Positions 30,275-41,344 of a stretch of 64,000 bases of DNA are shown here, in pieces. The notes under the pieces are model-generated. The model did not search any database and had not been told where the DNA came from. It worked only from the letters and a program-made list of their open reading frames with translations. The stretch comes from Carpediemonas membranifera BICM (taxonomy: Eukaryota; Protista; Fornicata): assembly GCA_019828565.1 (NCBI GenBank), contig JAHDYR010000062.1:1374421-1438420 (forward strand). Direction: 5' to 3'. The stretch's first letter is position 1. Each line of letters starts with the position of its first letter. The position numbers were made by a program, and so were the translations under genes.

Positions 30275-30774
30275 GGAACGCCCAGGTAATTGTGTAAATA
30301 CTGCTACCCGAGTTCGCTGACCTGGTGCGGCTATAAAAGTGGCAACAACAATCATCAAAGCCACCACTGCATAATTGCATGTTTATATACAAGAACCGCT
30401 TACATTGGGGCGATGAGGAACGCCAGACTGGGGCATCTGTGGATTGTGATGCCAAAGCTGCGTGATTTGAACATCACCCTGCACACTCCTCCGTTTCATC
30501 GCGGGCGTCCGTGCTCGGATGCGCGGCAAGCGCATGCTGCGCGGAGCAGCACAGAGCGAGGAACCTGGGAGGCATCTCCCCTCTTTCCCGTTTTTGGGCA
30601 TCGTCCCCCGCTGGTGGACGCCCATTTGGTCGTCGGCGTCTGCAGTGCCATAAACTGCACCAGACAGAAAAGCCGCGGATGGCCTACGCTAGGTACTACA
30701 CAGCCTTTATTAGACACTTTGGGATTGTTCTACAGTTGTAGACGTGCGCCAAAGTTTTTTTGCGGAAATAATTT

Positions 30775-33318
30775 TTATTCTGGGCAGACGTCGAGCTCAG
30801 CCTGGGTGCGGGGGCGCATGGCGAGCGCGTCGGCGGGGCACAGCTTTGTGCACAGACTGCATCCGATGCACAGGCTGGGGTCGATCGTCACGGTCTTCTT
30901 GGCCTGGTTGACCTCGATCGCCATGTAGGGGCAGCGAGAGCAGTTGCCGCAGAAGACGCATTCGTCGGGCTCGGCCCAGCTGCTGATGCGCTTGACGGGG
31001 GTCTGCTCCATGAAATCAATGACGGGGCCGCCCTCCTTGGCGCAGCCGATGAGCTCGGCGACGGAAGACATGCCGCGGTCAGCGAGCAGGTACGAGAGGC
31101 CGGAGTTGAGCTCGTCGATGATGCCGTAGCCGTGGCGCTCGGGGAGGGTGCAGAACTGGACGGTGCGGGTGCCGAGGGCGAGGAAGTCGGCAGCCGCCTT
31201 GTAGTTCATGGGCCCACCGTTGCCCGAGATGTGGATGTCGTAGCGTGCGACAGACGCGAGCGACAGGTTGGAGATACCAGTGACGCCCTCGCCAGACATG
31301 CCGACGACGACAGCGTCATCCCACTTGTGGCCGGGACGGTCGGTGGGGCGGAAGAAGGCGGAGGGGAAGGAGTTGGCGAGGGTGACGCCGGCCATCTTGT
31401 TGGGGTAGCGAGCAAAGACCTCGAGGATGGCCTCGATGATGACCTCGATAGACGTGACAGCACCGGTGAGCTTGAAGAGCTTGGGGACCTCGGGGTCGGA
31501 GACCTGCATGACCCAGTCGATGACCTTGGCCGCCTGCTTGGCGGACTGGGAGACGATGGCGCCCTCAGTGCCGTCACCGCCCTGGGGGCACGAGAGAGAG
31601 TACTCAATGGCCATGGCGCCGGCCTTCTCGAGGCGAGTGGTGTTAGCCTGCCAACCCTTGGCGTCCTCGGCGTCGTCACCGGAGACGGGGCCACCAGTGG
31701 AACCGATAGTGAGACGGTCAGGCCATTCTTTGATCAGACGGCCAATCTCCTCGCATACGCGGTCAAGGTGGTGACCGCTGACGTTGTCCTAATGTAAGCT
31801 GAGGTGAGGTAAGGAACTTACGCTGTTGCCCCACGTGTCCTTGGTGTAGCAGACCATATAGTCGGCGGGGATGTGGATGGGGACGGCCTCGTTGAACGAA
31901 GTCTTGAGCACAGCGCCGGCCCAGCCAGCCTTGTACCCGGCGACGCACTGGTCGTAGCCGTCGGAGGCGGGGGAAGCGGAGAGGAGGAAGGGGTTGATGA
32001 TGCGGCGGCCGAAGAAGTCAGTAGTGATGTCAACCTTGGGGTGCACGGGGTTGAAGCCGGGGATCTTGGTGTCGGTGGACTTGGCCTGCTTGGTGACGAA
32101 GGCCTCGACGTCGAGGGCAGCGTTCTTGCCAGCAGCGGCGGCCTCGACAACGGTAGAGGCGCCAGTGGCCATGTCGCCAGTGACGAAGATGCCGCTCGCG
32201 GCCTCAGTCTGGAAGTCGACCTCGGTGCGCTGGCCGACGGCGACGATTACAGATGTGATGTCGCTCCAGTTGTACTCAGAGCCCTCGATGGGGGTGGGGC
32301 GGCCGGGCTGGCCACGGGCGGGGGCCTTGACTCGGACAGTGGTGAGGCCCTGGCCGGGGGTCCACTTGGCGGGCAGGGTGCGGCCGATGACGTCGACACG
32401 GTGGTCCATGAGGTCAGCGCGCTCGTTGGGGGTGACGGGCATGTCGACGGCACCACGGCGGTAGACGATGACAACCTCCTCGACGCCGGCCATGCCGGTG
32501 GCAGTAGTGGCGCAGTCGACGGCGACGGCACCGCCACCGATGACGGCGACCTTGGAGCCGAGCTTAGCGGCGTAGGCAGAGGGGTCAGCGAGGAAGGGGT
32601 AGGCCTCAATCGCCTCCTCCTCGCCCTCGAAGCCGGACTTGCCGGCAGCGTAGAGGCCAGCGGCAACGACAACGGAGTCGTACTCGTTGCGGAGGGCCTT
32701 GATGTCCTCGACACGGTGGTTGGTCTTCACGGTGATGTCGCCGAGAGAGAGGATGAAGTCGATGTCGGCAGCGAGAAGGGGGGCGGGCAGGCGCTCCTCG
32801 GGGATGAGGGCGACGGCACCACCGATGCGGCTGCGGGCCTCGAGGATCTCGACCTTGAAGCCCTTCTGGGCGAGGACACCGGCGGCAGCGAGGCCAGCGG
32901 GGCCAGCGCCAACGATGGCGATCTTCTCGGAGCGGGGCTCGGCCTTCTCGAACTGGGGAGCCTTGCCAAGCTCGCGGGCCTTGGCGACGATGGAGGCCTG
33001 GCACTCGGGGATGTTGATGGGGCGATCAAGGGCGCCACGGTGGCATCCGGCCATGCAGAACTTATCGGGGCAAACCTTGCCGCAGATACCGCCAAGAGGG
33101 TTAGAGGCGAGGATCATGCCGGCAGCACGCTCAAGATCAGAGGGAGCGCCAAGCTTGGCAGCCGCCAGGAAGTCAGCAGGGGAGCAACCAACGGGGCAAG
33201 CGTTCAGGCAGCCCTTATCCTCGCAATGGAGGCAACGATCAATCTCAGCAGCGAGGTTGAAAGGGGTCTTCTTCTTCTGCTCACTGTGTACGTTCTCTGC
33301 AGGCATATTGCTAGGCAT
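30775..33318 (-). CDS. Dihydropyrimidine dehydrogenase-like flavo-iron-sulfur protein (PreT-PreA fusion), two exons (33318-31822, 31788-30775), about 836 aa
   Basis: N-terminal Fe-S RCLHC...CP...CGKVCP; Rossmann motifs GAGPAG and GGGAVAVD; FMN barrel INPFLLSASP, EYSLSCPQG and ISGNGG; C-terminal 2x[4Fe-4S] CxxCxxC motifs. Confidence 0.88.
31789..31821 (-). other. Spliceosomal intron (33 nt)
   Basis: GTAAGT...CTTACATTAG; removal deletes the in-frame stop and joins TWGNS|DNVSGH. Confidence 0.88.
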
Positions 33319-33665
33319 CGTTCGTTCTGAACAGTCGGTCCGAAAAAGTCAAAGTCGCCCCTGCGTCAGTCTGGCCAGCCAATCGGCCCATGTGTGTGCG
33401 TCTAGCATCTGGACCGTGTTTCATGCGCAAAGCTCGATTTTTGGCAACTTCGAGGCAATCTTTTCAAGATCATCAATGATCGACTCAATCGAATTGGTCA
33501 ACGCACTTCACTGAATACTCATTCCACCCAAACAGCAACAGCAATGTTTAAGACACCCGCGGCAGACATTAGTTGACTTGATTCTTGATTCTCGATCGTG
33601 ATGTGATTGAATGACGGCGTCACTATTGCTCGGAGACATTAGCGATAAGCTGCACGACCGCATAC

Positions 33666-34128
33666 TCACGCCTTTTTCAGTAGCACGCGTCCAACATTGG
33701 CGGCCAGCTCTGTGTAACGTTACTGTCCTGTGATACGAACCATAGAAGCGGGGGTTGGCCAGGACCTCCTCTATGGAGCTCTCGGTAATCCGGCCTGGCT
33801 CGGATGCCCCCACTGGGGCGGCGGCAATGGCTGTCGCTGGGTTGATTATGAGACGGCCGGCTGGGGCGATCGGAAGAAGCGTGTTGAAGAGCGAGATGAC
33901 CTCTTTTGCTGATTCAAATTGGAGGATCACGTCTTCTGGAGGCTTGTTAAGCTGTAACCTTGTTATTTTCAAGAATCTGTTCAGCAATTCGCCCCGAAAC
34001 CCCTCGTCGACGGGGATCTGGAGGAGTTGGGAGTGCGTTGACGGATCCAGGATGATGATCGTCTTATCGCGGACAAATACATCACATTCAGTTGCATTGT
34101 CTGTGTGTGGCGTGAATGCAAGCACCAT
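33666..34128 (-). CDS. Small hypothetical protein with a probable 31-nt intron (33710-33740)
   Basis: The intron GTTCGT...TTACACAG gives the C-terminus RFYELAANVGRVLLKKA*. Confidence 0.5.
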
Positions 34129-34447
34129 GTGACCACCGGCGAGCGACTGGCGGCTTTGTGTAATCTGTGTTGCGGTCGATGAGGTTGGTCCAACCTATTT
34201 GTACCCAAGAGCGATCGACTTGCCCTTGAAAGCGGCAGGGAAGGCCTGGTTGCCCCTCACTGTCTTCAACTAGTGTCCATCGTCCACAGTCTCATCCTTT
34301 CAACCCTGCCCTCGACCCACCGGTCGAAGTCCGCCCTAGCAGCCAGTAGAGCATGTCAAAGATCCTCCACAAGGTCGAACTCCCAGATCTCGTTCGAGCA
34401 TTTTATGGAAGAAATTCTCAACGCCGTTACGCTAGTCAGGACGGGCT

Positions 34448-37400
34448 ATGAACCAAACTGTACCAATTAGCGTGCTTTCCGCAACGCCATATAAGCAGTC
34501 GTTGTTCGAATGGCTCTCTAGTGAGACTGTAGCATACTCTGCTGGCAGCTCGATCGTATTGTGGAACCCGTTCGGCGGTGAGCCCGATTTCCAGTTCATT
34601 TCGGGTATCTCAGGAACCATTTCAGCTCTCACAAGCACTAACGACGGCGAGTATCTTGCAGCAGCATCAGTGTTCGGCCCTGACAGCTCTGTTCTCGTCT
34701 TCGACACCTTCGCCCGTCGTGTTGTGGCCAAAACAGCCGTACGGGGGCACATCATGGACACATCCTTCTCGTCTGATGGCTTCTACCTCGCCCTGTGCCA
34801 TGCCACTGGTGGGCAGGCCCACCTGACCATACTCGACTGGTCACACGGGATGAGAACAGTAGCCACAGCCCAGTTACACGAGGCCACACTGCCTCTGAGC
34901 AGGGCAATATCATCCGCGGCCATGCAGCTGCGAGCACATATCGAATTCCTGCCATTACAGAGCTCCATTGTAGCGTTGACAACATCAGTCGGGAGTGACG
35001 GGAGATCGACCTCAGATCTGCAGATATGGACAGTATCTAATGACATACTCAAGTGCACCACAGCCAAGAGCCATGCGCTATCCTTCTCCCAGCTGACCCA
35101 TGCCGCGGTATCCCCCTCCTCCGGCCTTATATTCGCTGTGACCCGGAACAAAGTCATTGCTCTTGATTCGACTGGGCAGCTTATCGGCCAGGTGATTGCA
35201 GACAGACTCGGGGTCGACTCTGCTCTGTGTGGTCTGGCTGTGGCGGCCGACCTCGCCATTGTCTCGACCGATGACGGGCGACTCGTGTGCATTGACCCAG
35301 CGTCTTTCGCCGTCCTGGGTGTAACTCCACCGCTTTCGTCCGCAGCAGACGTCATACAGCTCCCAGGCGGCAAGGAGAGCATGGTTAGAGAGCGGATACG
35401 CCAGTCATTCCTCACAATCAAATCCCTCGCCTTCAGTAAGTCCGGCGCACACGTTATTGCCAGATCAGACCGTTCCACGTGTGTCCTGGACGTCGGCCGG
35501 ACCTCTGTCGTCGCCTCACTGTACCATGCCCCATCCAACGTGAGCTGTTCATCCACGCCGAATTCAGACGACGACCGCGGTGACCTTCTCGCCCAAGGGA
35601 CGGGGGAGGGCCTGCTCTACATGTGGAGGAGGATGGGAGGCAGCCTCATTCCCACCGTGGTCGACGCCGCCCCCCTGATCGACCCGTCCCTTGACCCGAC
35701 CACTGAGTCAAGTCCAGTGTCAATATCAGCGGTCCAACTCGGGGCAGAGTCGGTGATATTCGCCACGAGAAATGGGTTTATGATGCATCTATCGGCCGAC
35801 CTCCGCACTGTATACGCAGTCTCTGCACTTGGCCAGAGGGTCACGGCGATCACGGCCGCAAGCGACGGGCTCATCTGCGTCTTGGCAGGGCAGACGCTCT
35901 CCTTGCACAACACGAACGCCGGCCTCCGCACAGTATGCAGGGCGGATGTACCGGCTTCAGGTAGACTGCAGCCCGCCCTCATGCGGCTCCCGGGGCCTGG
36001 AATGACAGTGCTCGTGTCCATGGGCGGTCCTGGGGTCTGGCTCTACCGAATGGCACCTGATAGAAGCGGGTTGGCCGTTGTTGGCGGCCTCGACATACCG
36101 GGCGGGTTCGTTGCCGCGATGTGTATGCACCCAAGCAAGCAGTACGCCGCTCTCATGGCTGATAATGGATGCGTCCACCTGCTGCACCTGCCCACTCTGT
36201 CACTACGCGGCTCTCTGGTCAGCGGTATCCCACCACTCGTGGATCCGTCTGTATCTATGCGATATATCGTATCTTTTGACCCGGCCGGACTGTATCTCGT
36301 GGTAGCAGGCGGTCCGTTTATATCTCCAATTGTCAACATCTTTGAAACTGGCACGACGGAGTATATCGGCCGAATCCAGATGAACTCTGCCCTCAAGGCC
36401 CTATGCTTCGCTCGGCCCTCCTCTCTCCTATTCGAGCTGAACTCTGGTGCTATCCAAGCAATCGACCTCCGCCCAGACCTGAAGCGGAATATCGAGAACA
36501 CGATGCTTATGGGGGTCGACCTGGGCGATCTTTGGTCCCGCTTCCCCCTGTACTTCCCCGACCGCGTTGTTCAACCGGTGGTGCCTCACCAAGTGGTTCC
36601 CTCGACGAACATGATGAAGTGGGACCTGAATGGTGGGCCCACCGCGTTCGACCCTGAGCGAGAGCTGTCGGACGTCAAGGGGCTCGAGGCGTCGCTGGCA
36701 GGGCTGGAGGCAATCCCTCCTGCGTTCGACGATGACCCCGATGCCCATGCTGTGCCGGACAAATCATACTCAGAACCACCGGATGTGAGCCAGTCCGTAT
36801 CAATGCCGATGGACCAATCGCTGCCCAAAACTGCACCGTTTGAGTCTGAGTCGGCCCAACCCCAATCCGCCCAGAGTCGGCCTGACCCCATGCCCCGGAC
36901 GGATTCAACCCCTCTGCCAGCCCCGATGGTCCAGACCGCTGTTGTGTCAGATCCGGCCGTGAAGTCGGGAGATGAGCAGTCTGTCCCAGCTCCCGAGCAA
37001 ACGCCTCCGCTGCAGCAGTTCGACCCATATCTCATCGCTACAGTAGTGCCAGACGAGACATTTGACCCTGCCGAGCCGAACAACGAGCGCTACAAGGTTC
37101 TCGACGAGACGATTGCTGAGCTCCCACCCCGAGATATGACTGGTTCAAAACTGTGGCGGCCCACTGTCACTGCTGTGCGGTCGAATAGAGATTACATCGA
37201 GGACGGCGACGACGAGTATGCCGCTGAGCCTGTGGACAAGCACAGGCGAGACTTGACTGCCAGCAGCGGGAGCTCAGGGAGGAAGGAAGAGATGGTGATC
37301 ACACTCACTGGGGCAGACCTTGGCAAGGCCCCGAGTGGTAAGCATGTGCCGTCGGATGAAGATATGACGCTTGTGTCGACCGCGCTGGCGGACTTTGAGA

Positions 37401-37507
37401 GGATGCATGGGATGGGGTCGAGGGGGACCAGCGTCGTGGCCAGTGTGGTTGGAGACCGCGAGGCTGAGGTCGAGCAGGAGCAGGAGCTCGAAAGCGCTGG
37501 GGAGTGA
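34448..37507 (+). CDS. WD40-repeat protein with disordered acidic/Pro-rich C-terminus
   Basis: Beta-propeller-like repeats (ISALTSTNDGEYLAAAS, SFSSDGFYLA, MHPSKQYAA, SFDPAGLYLV). Confidence 0.75.
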   Translation: MNQTVPISVLSATPYKQSLFEWLSSETVAYSAGSSIVLWNPFGGEPDFQFISGISGTISALTSTNDGEYLAAASVFGPDSSVLVFDTFARRVVAKTAVRGHIMDTSFSSDGFYLALCHATGGQAHLTILDWSHGMRTVATAQLHEATLPLSRAISSAAMQLRAHIEFLPLQSSIVALTTSVGSDGRSTSDLQIWTVSNDILKCTTAKSHALSFSQLTHAAVSPSSGLIFAVTRNKVIALDSTGQLIGQVIADRLGVDSALCGLAVAADLAIVSTDDGRLVCIDPASFAVLGVTPPLSSAADVIQLPGGKESMVRERIRQSFLTIKSLAFSKSGAHVIARSDRSTCVLDVGRTSVVASLYHAPSNVSCSSTPNSDDDRGDLLAQGTGEGLLYMWRRMGGSLIPTVVDAAPLIDPSLDPTTESSPVSISAVQLGAESVIFATRNGFMMHLSADLRTVYAVSALGQRVTAITAASDGLICVLAGQTLSLHNTNAGLRTVCRADVPASGRLQPALMRLPGPGMTVLVSMGGPGVWLYRMAPDRSGLAVVGGLDIPGGFVAAMCMHPSKQYAALMADNGCVHLLHLPTLSLRGSLVSGIPPLVDPSVSMRYIVSFDPAGLYLVVAGGPFISPIVNIFETGTTEYIGRIQMNSALKALCFARPSSLLFELNSGAIQAIDLRPDLKRNIENTMLMGVDLGDLWSRFPLYFPDRVVQPVVPHQVVPSTNMMKWDLNGGPTAFDPERELSDVKGLEASLAGLEAIPPAFDDDPDAHAVPDKSYSEPPDVSQSVSMPMDQSLPKTAPFESESAQPQSAQSRPDPMPRTDSTPLPAPMVQTAVVSDPAVKSGDEQSVPAPEQTPPLQQFDPYLIATVVPDETFDPAEPNNERYKVLDETIAELPPRDMTGSKLWRPTVTAVRSNRDYIEDGDDEYAAEPVDKHRRDLTASSGSSGRKEEMVITLTGADLGKAPSGKHVPSDEDMTLVSTALADFERMHGMGSRGTSVVASVVGDREAEVEQEQELESAGE

Positions 37508-37967
37508 GACAGGGTCGAGTAGGGTCGAGTAAACACATTAGGCGGTCTCTGGCATGCGTTGTGGATTGAGGATTGTGGCGTGCAGCTGTGTGTTTGAGTC
37601 ATTATTGTTATCAGGGTCTCTGTGCGGGGTTAGCCCTTATCTGTGCGGTATGCTCCCTGTTTGAATGCCTGTCCCAGTCAACCCCTGTAACGACCATGGT
37701 CGACAGAGTCTAACGACTAATTTCATGTGGTCAAGTCGATCGAGACTCGACCAGGATAGGCTTTCGTCACTCATCAGAGAGTTGCGCTGGCGACTTAGTA
37801 GTCTGTGGGTTCGGTACCTTTTGGCATTGGTGCTGAGTGCATGTCCGCAGAGCAACAACCACATGGGTTTTTTCATCAACATTGGTGTCACATCCTCATT
37901 TACGGGTGAGCACTTGGCATCCCTTTCTCTTCCAAACCAACCGTAAAAAAAATAAATGAAAAATCAT

Positions 37968-40900
37968 TTACAGCAGGCTCTGCCTCTTATCAGCCTCCTT
38001 CCTCGCCCGCCTCAGCGACCTCACCACCTCCTCCATGGACGGGCGGGCACTGGGACTCTGAGCCCAACACCGTTTGATAATGGGGATTAAGGGGCGGGGC
38101 ACACCCTCAATGGGCGGTCTCTCGCCGTTAATCATGCGGGACTGGACGACAAATGAAGAGTTCTCCTTCTCAAACGGCTGCATGCCCGAGAACAGGGTGA
38201 ATATCGTCATCCCGAAAGAAAAAACATCAGTGGACGTCTCATAGTGGGTCCCAGAGAGGACCTCGGGGCTGCTGTACCCAACAGTACCGATGTTAGTCAT
38301 CGTCATGGCCTTCTTCGACACCGCCAGGCCAAAGTCGCCAATCTTGCCCACAACGCTGTTGGTCTTGCCGCTCTGCCTGGCTTGTGTGTGTACGCCGACG
38401 AAGAAGTTGTCGGGCTTGATGTCGCGGTGGATGACGCCTCTCGAGTGGATGAAGGCGAGACCCTCGCCGCAATCAATGAGCAAATCAACGAGCTTGGCGT
38501 GGCTGTATGTCCCATCGCTCTTCATCTTGGCGACATACTTATCGAGGCTCCCGAACGGGCAGTACTCAGTGAGCAGGTGGACCACACCGTCGATGATGGT
38601 CGCCCCGAGAAATGGCACGACGCTCCTGTGCCGCAGAGACACCATGTGTAAGGCCTCTCGGGCGAACTCGTCCATGGACTGCGGGTCTGCTTGGAGCATC
38701 GGGTGAAGCCGCTTGAGGCAGACGATGCCCGCCCCGTAGGCGGCCACGGACACTGTGCCGAAGCCGCCCGAGGCGATGCTGTGGACCTCAGTGATCGAGC
38801 TGGGGGGGATGTAGAAATCGATGATCGAACGGTAGAGATCGTTGCGGACGTCCGCGCCGATCTTCATCAGCTCGCCCCTAGCCCTGGTGCGGAGTCGACC
38901 CTCCTTGCGGCGACGGAGCTGGTGGCGAAGGCAGCCGAGGCAGGCGGCACAGGCGCAGCAGAGGCAGCACAGCATGACGACGAGGATGAGAAGAATCACC
39001 GCGGGTATGGAGACGATCTCGACGTACGGCAGCAGACTGGCCGGGTTGTCTTCAGGCGTTGGGGCGACCACGAGGATGGTGCCCTTGAGAAGAGCCTCGT
39101 CCTTGAACAGAACGGTGATCGGGACCTTGCCCGTCGTGCCCCGGGACAGCTCGACGTTGTGTGCGCACGCCTGGTTATCTACGCGCGTCCCCTCGAACCT
39201 CTTGCCCGAGATAGTAAATGTGAAGTCCGCCGCGGCATCCTCGTCCACATTGATGAAATCAAACGTCAGACAGACGTCCTTACCGAGCTCGAACGAGTTA
39301 GGCAGGGTAGGTTTGAACGCCAGGAGCACCTGTGAGGTCGGGCTTGACCGACTGCACACACAAGTGACCTCATCGTCAGTGCCTGAGATGCCCCGGGTGA
39401 CGTTGAGCGGGTACTTCTCCGCACCGCCGAATACTACACCATAGGGGCATATAGGGCCTAAGATCATGGAATGGAGGCCCTGCTGGTCGAGGGAGATGGT
39501 CCCGGTGGGTAAGAGGCTCACGTCCTTGGCCAACTTCAGCACGCGGCTGTACGTATTCGCGTCATTCTCGCGGGTGACATTGATCTGGAACGTGTCGCCA
39601 GCCTTGTACGCACCCGGGGCTACGAGCGGCACGAGGAAGTACAGGTCCGACGACCCCACTTCGAGCACTGCCCTGCCGTCGTGAGTTGCCGCGGACAGCC
39701 TGTGGTCTGCGGAGAGGCTGTTGTTGAAGTACACCAGGCCAGTCGTCGGCGTGGGAGGCATGATCGGGGTACACGCGGCGAACCCTTGACCGGCCAACTT
39801 GGGCGTTCCCTCGAGAGTGGGGCACGGGAGGCAGGTGGTCTTGCCCGCACTAGGCTGGTAGAGCCCGTTGTTGCAGGGCGTCTCCGTCGTATGGGCCTTG
39901 CCGTCGTCGGCAACGACATAACCTGCGGCGGCCTGGGAGCAGAGGAACCGCTGCCCAGGGCCGTAGTAGCCGTTGTTGCATGCGGAGCATACGTGGTAAG
40001 CATCGCCGGGGTGGATGCCATACCCGCTACCGCATGCCCTCTGGCGCGTGGTGATGTGTGTTGTGTTTCCCAGCACAAGGCTGCGTCCACTGTCATAAAG
40101 TGTCATAAACTGCACCGATGGAAGTAGTGTGACAGAGCTCGGCGTCGTCTGGGCCGTCTCGAGGAACGTGCCCACCATCATCGAAGTCGAGGACGACGAG
40201 TTGTCCAACGCGACCAGTGTGGTGCCCTGGAAGTCGACCAGGGAGCCCAGGGCTGGAGCAGAGGCGGTGTACAGGTCTCTCATGTCGTTCATAGTGACGA
40301 TAGAGGTGTAATGATACACGTGGCCTTCCGAACCGACCGCGAAGCCGGCGTCTGCAGTGTTAGGGCGGGTGGCCACAGTCTCGCCGAGCCGTTTGCTGTC
40401 TGGGACCGAGATGGTTGATGATGATCCTACGTGGGCGCCGTCACCGTCCCGTGTAAGGGAGTAGAACACGGCCTTGTTAGCGTCGGGCATGCCGACGACA
40501 ACATGCCCGGCCAGGTTGCCAGTGGGGGCCATGAGGGCCGTTCCCCCGAGCTCGGCGATGGTGCCCGTGCCGTACTCTCGGGCTGGGTCGATGGTGACGT
40601 TCTTGGCGAACCCGTACTTGCCGCTAAAGTCGTAGTAGACGAAGACGCGGCAGTTCACTGGCCCCAAAATACCCTGACTGTCTACTACACCGGCCGCGCC
40701 GACTGCTAGGAAGTTCTGGTTCATCGATATGGTCGTGCCAAAGGTCTTCTCGTACGTATCGGCGGCCGAGGTGAACGCCGGCTGATGGTGTGCCACCGCG
40801 GGGCATGCATCGCTCAGCATGTACACCGTGAAGGCGTGTTTGCCGTCCGAGGTGGAGTGGACGACGGCTACGGCATTCCCGTCGGTCGCGAGGGCCTTGA

Positions 40901-41165
40901 TTGTTTGGCCTGGGCGCACAAAACGGCAAATCGGAGTTTCCTTGCCGGTTGCGAGCGTATAGACGTACAGACTATCTGCTTTTGACGAGGATCTCACGGT
41001 AGTAACGACTAATGAGCCGTCTGTGGCGCTAGGTCCGAATGAATCGTATCCATCGGGTGGCGGCATCACAAGAGCGTCCAGCCATGAACCAACCTCACTA
41101 TCCGCCTTAACGCGTACAACAAAGAGAAGAACGCTTATCAGAAGAGCGAACACGGCCGCCTTCAT
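37968..41165 (-). CDS. Receptor-like TKL protein kinase with Cys-rich (GCC2_GCC3/ephrin-receptor-like) ectodomain
   Basis: Signal peptide, CxxGxYQP repeats, TM with Cys-rich juxtamembrane, and kinase motifs SGGFGTV, CLK, HRDIKPDN, DFG, SPE and DVFSFG. Confidence 0.9.
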   Translation of the reverse strand: MKAAVFALLISVLLFVVRVKADSEVGSWLDALVMPPPDGYDSFGPSATDGSLVVTTVRSSSKADSLYVYTLATGKETPICRFVRPGQTIKALATDGNAVAVVHSTSDGKHAFTVYMLSDACPAVAHHQPAFTSAADTYEKTFGTTISMNQNFLAVGAAGVVDSQGILGPVNCRVFVYYDFSGKYGFAKNVTIDPAREYGTGTIAELGGTALMAPTGNLAGHVVVGMPDANKAVFYSLTRDGDGAHVGSSSTISVPDSKRLGETVATRPNTADAGFAVGSEGHVYHYTSIVTMNDMRDLYTASAPALGSLVDFQGTTLVALDNSSSSTSMMVGTFLETAQTTPSSVTLLPSVQFMTLYDSGRSLVLGNTTHITTRQRACGSGYGIHPGDAYHVCSACNNGYYGPGQRFLCSQAAAGYVVADDGKAHTTETPCNNGLYQPSAGKTTCLPCPTLEGTPKLAGQGFAACTPIMPPTPTTGLVYFNNSLSADHRLSAATHDGRAVLEVGSSDLYFLVPLVAPGAYKAGDTFQINVTRENDANTYSRVLKLAKDVSLLPTGTISLDQQGLHSMILGPICPYGVVFGGAEKYPLNVTRGISGTDDEVTCVCSRSSPTSQVLLAFKPTLPNSFELGKDVCLTFDFINVDEDAAADFTFTISGKRFEGTRVDNQACAHNVELSRGTTGKVPITVLFKDEALLKGTILVVAPTPEDNPASLLPYVEIVSIPAVILLILVVMLCCLCCACAACLGCLRHQLRRRKEGRLRTRARGELMKIGADVRNDLYRSIIDFYIPPSSITEVHSIASGGFGTVSVAAYGAGIVCLKRLHPMLQADPQSMDEFAREALHMVSLRHRSVVPFLGATIIDGVVHLLTEYCPFGSLDKYVAKMKSDGTYSHAKLVDLLIDCGEGLAFIHSRGVIHRDIKPDNFFVGVHTQARQSGKTNSVVGKIGDFGLAVSKKAMTMTNIGTVGYSSPEVLSGTHYETSTDVFSFGMTIFTLFSGMQPFEKENSSFVVQSRMINGERPPIEGVPRPLIPIIKRCWAQSPSARPSMEEVVRSLRRARKEADKRQSLL

Positions 41166-41344
41166 TGAAGATCTCGGATGGTGTTCGATGCTTTCCAACC
41201 ACACAGTCGATTCAGATCCAGGCAGCGCTTCGGGCCATGGACTGTAGGTCAGGGGGCATGTGACAGTATAGTACTCCAGCACATGCTGATGAGACAGACA
41301 GCCTGCAACCTCATTTACACCACCTCATTCACACCGCCCCTCCA

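Noticed and set aside
30290-30928. 212-aa ORF in the convergent intergenic region
   Set aside because: Non-ATG start, atypical composition, and antisense overlap with the dehydrogenase 3' end.
31789-31791. In-frame TAG in the dehydrogenase as recoding or an alternative genetic code
   Set aside because: It is the 3' end of a canonical 33-nt GTAAGT...TAG intron, and TAG/TAA act as normal stops elsewhere in the window.
31873-33514. Long antisense ORFs (485 aa, 275 aa) over the dehydrogenase, and similarly 44312-45389 over the LEA-like gene
   Set aside because: Shadow ORFs from strong GC3 codon bias; no domain signal.
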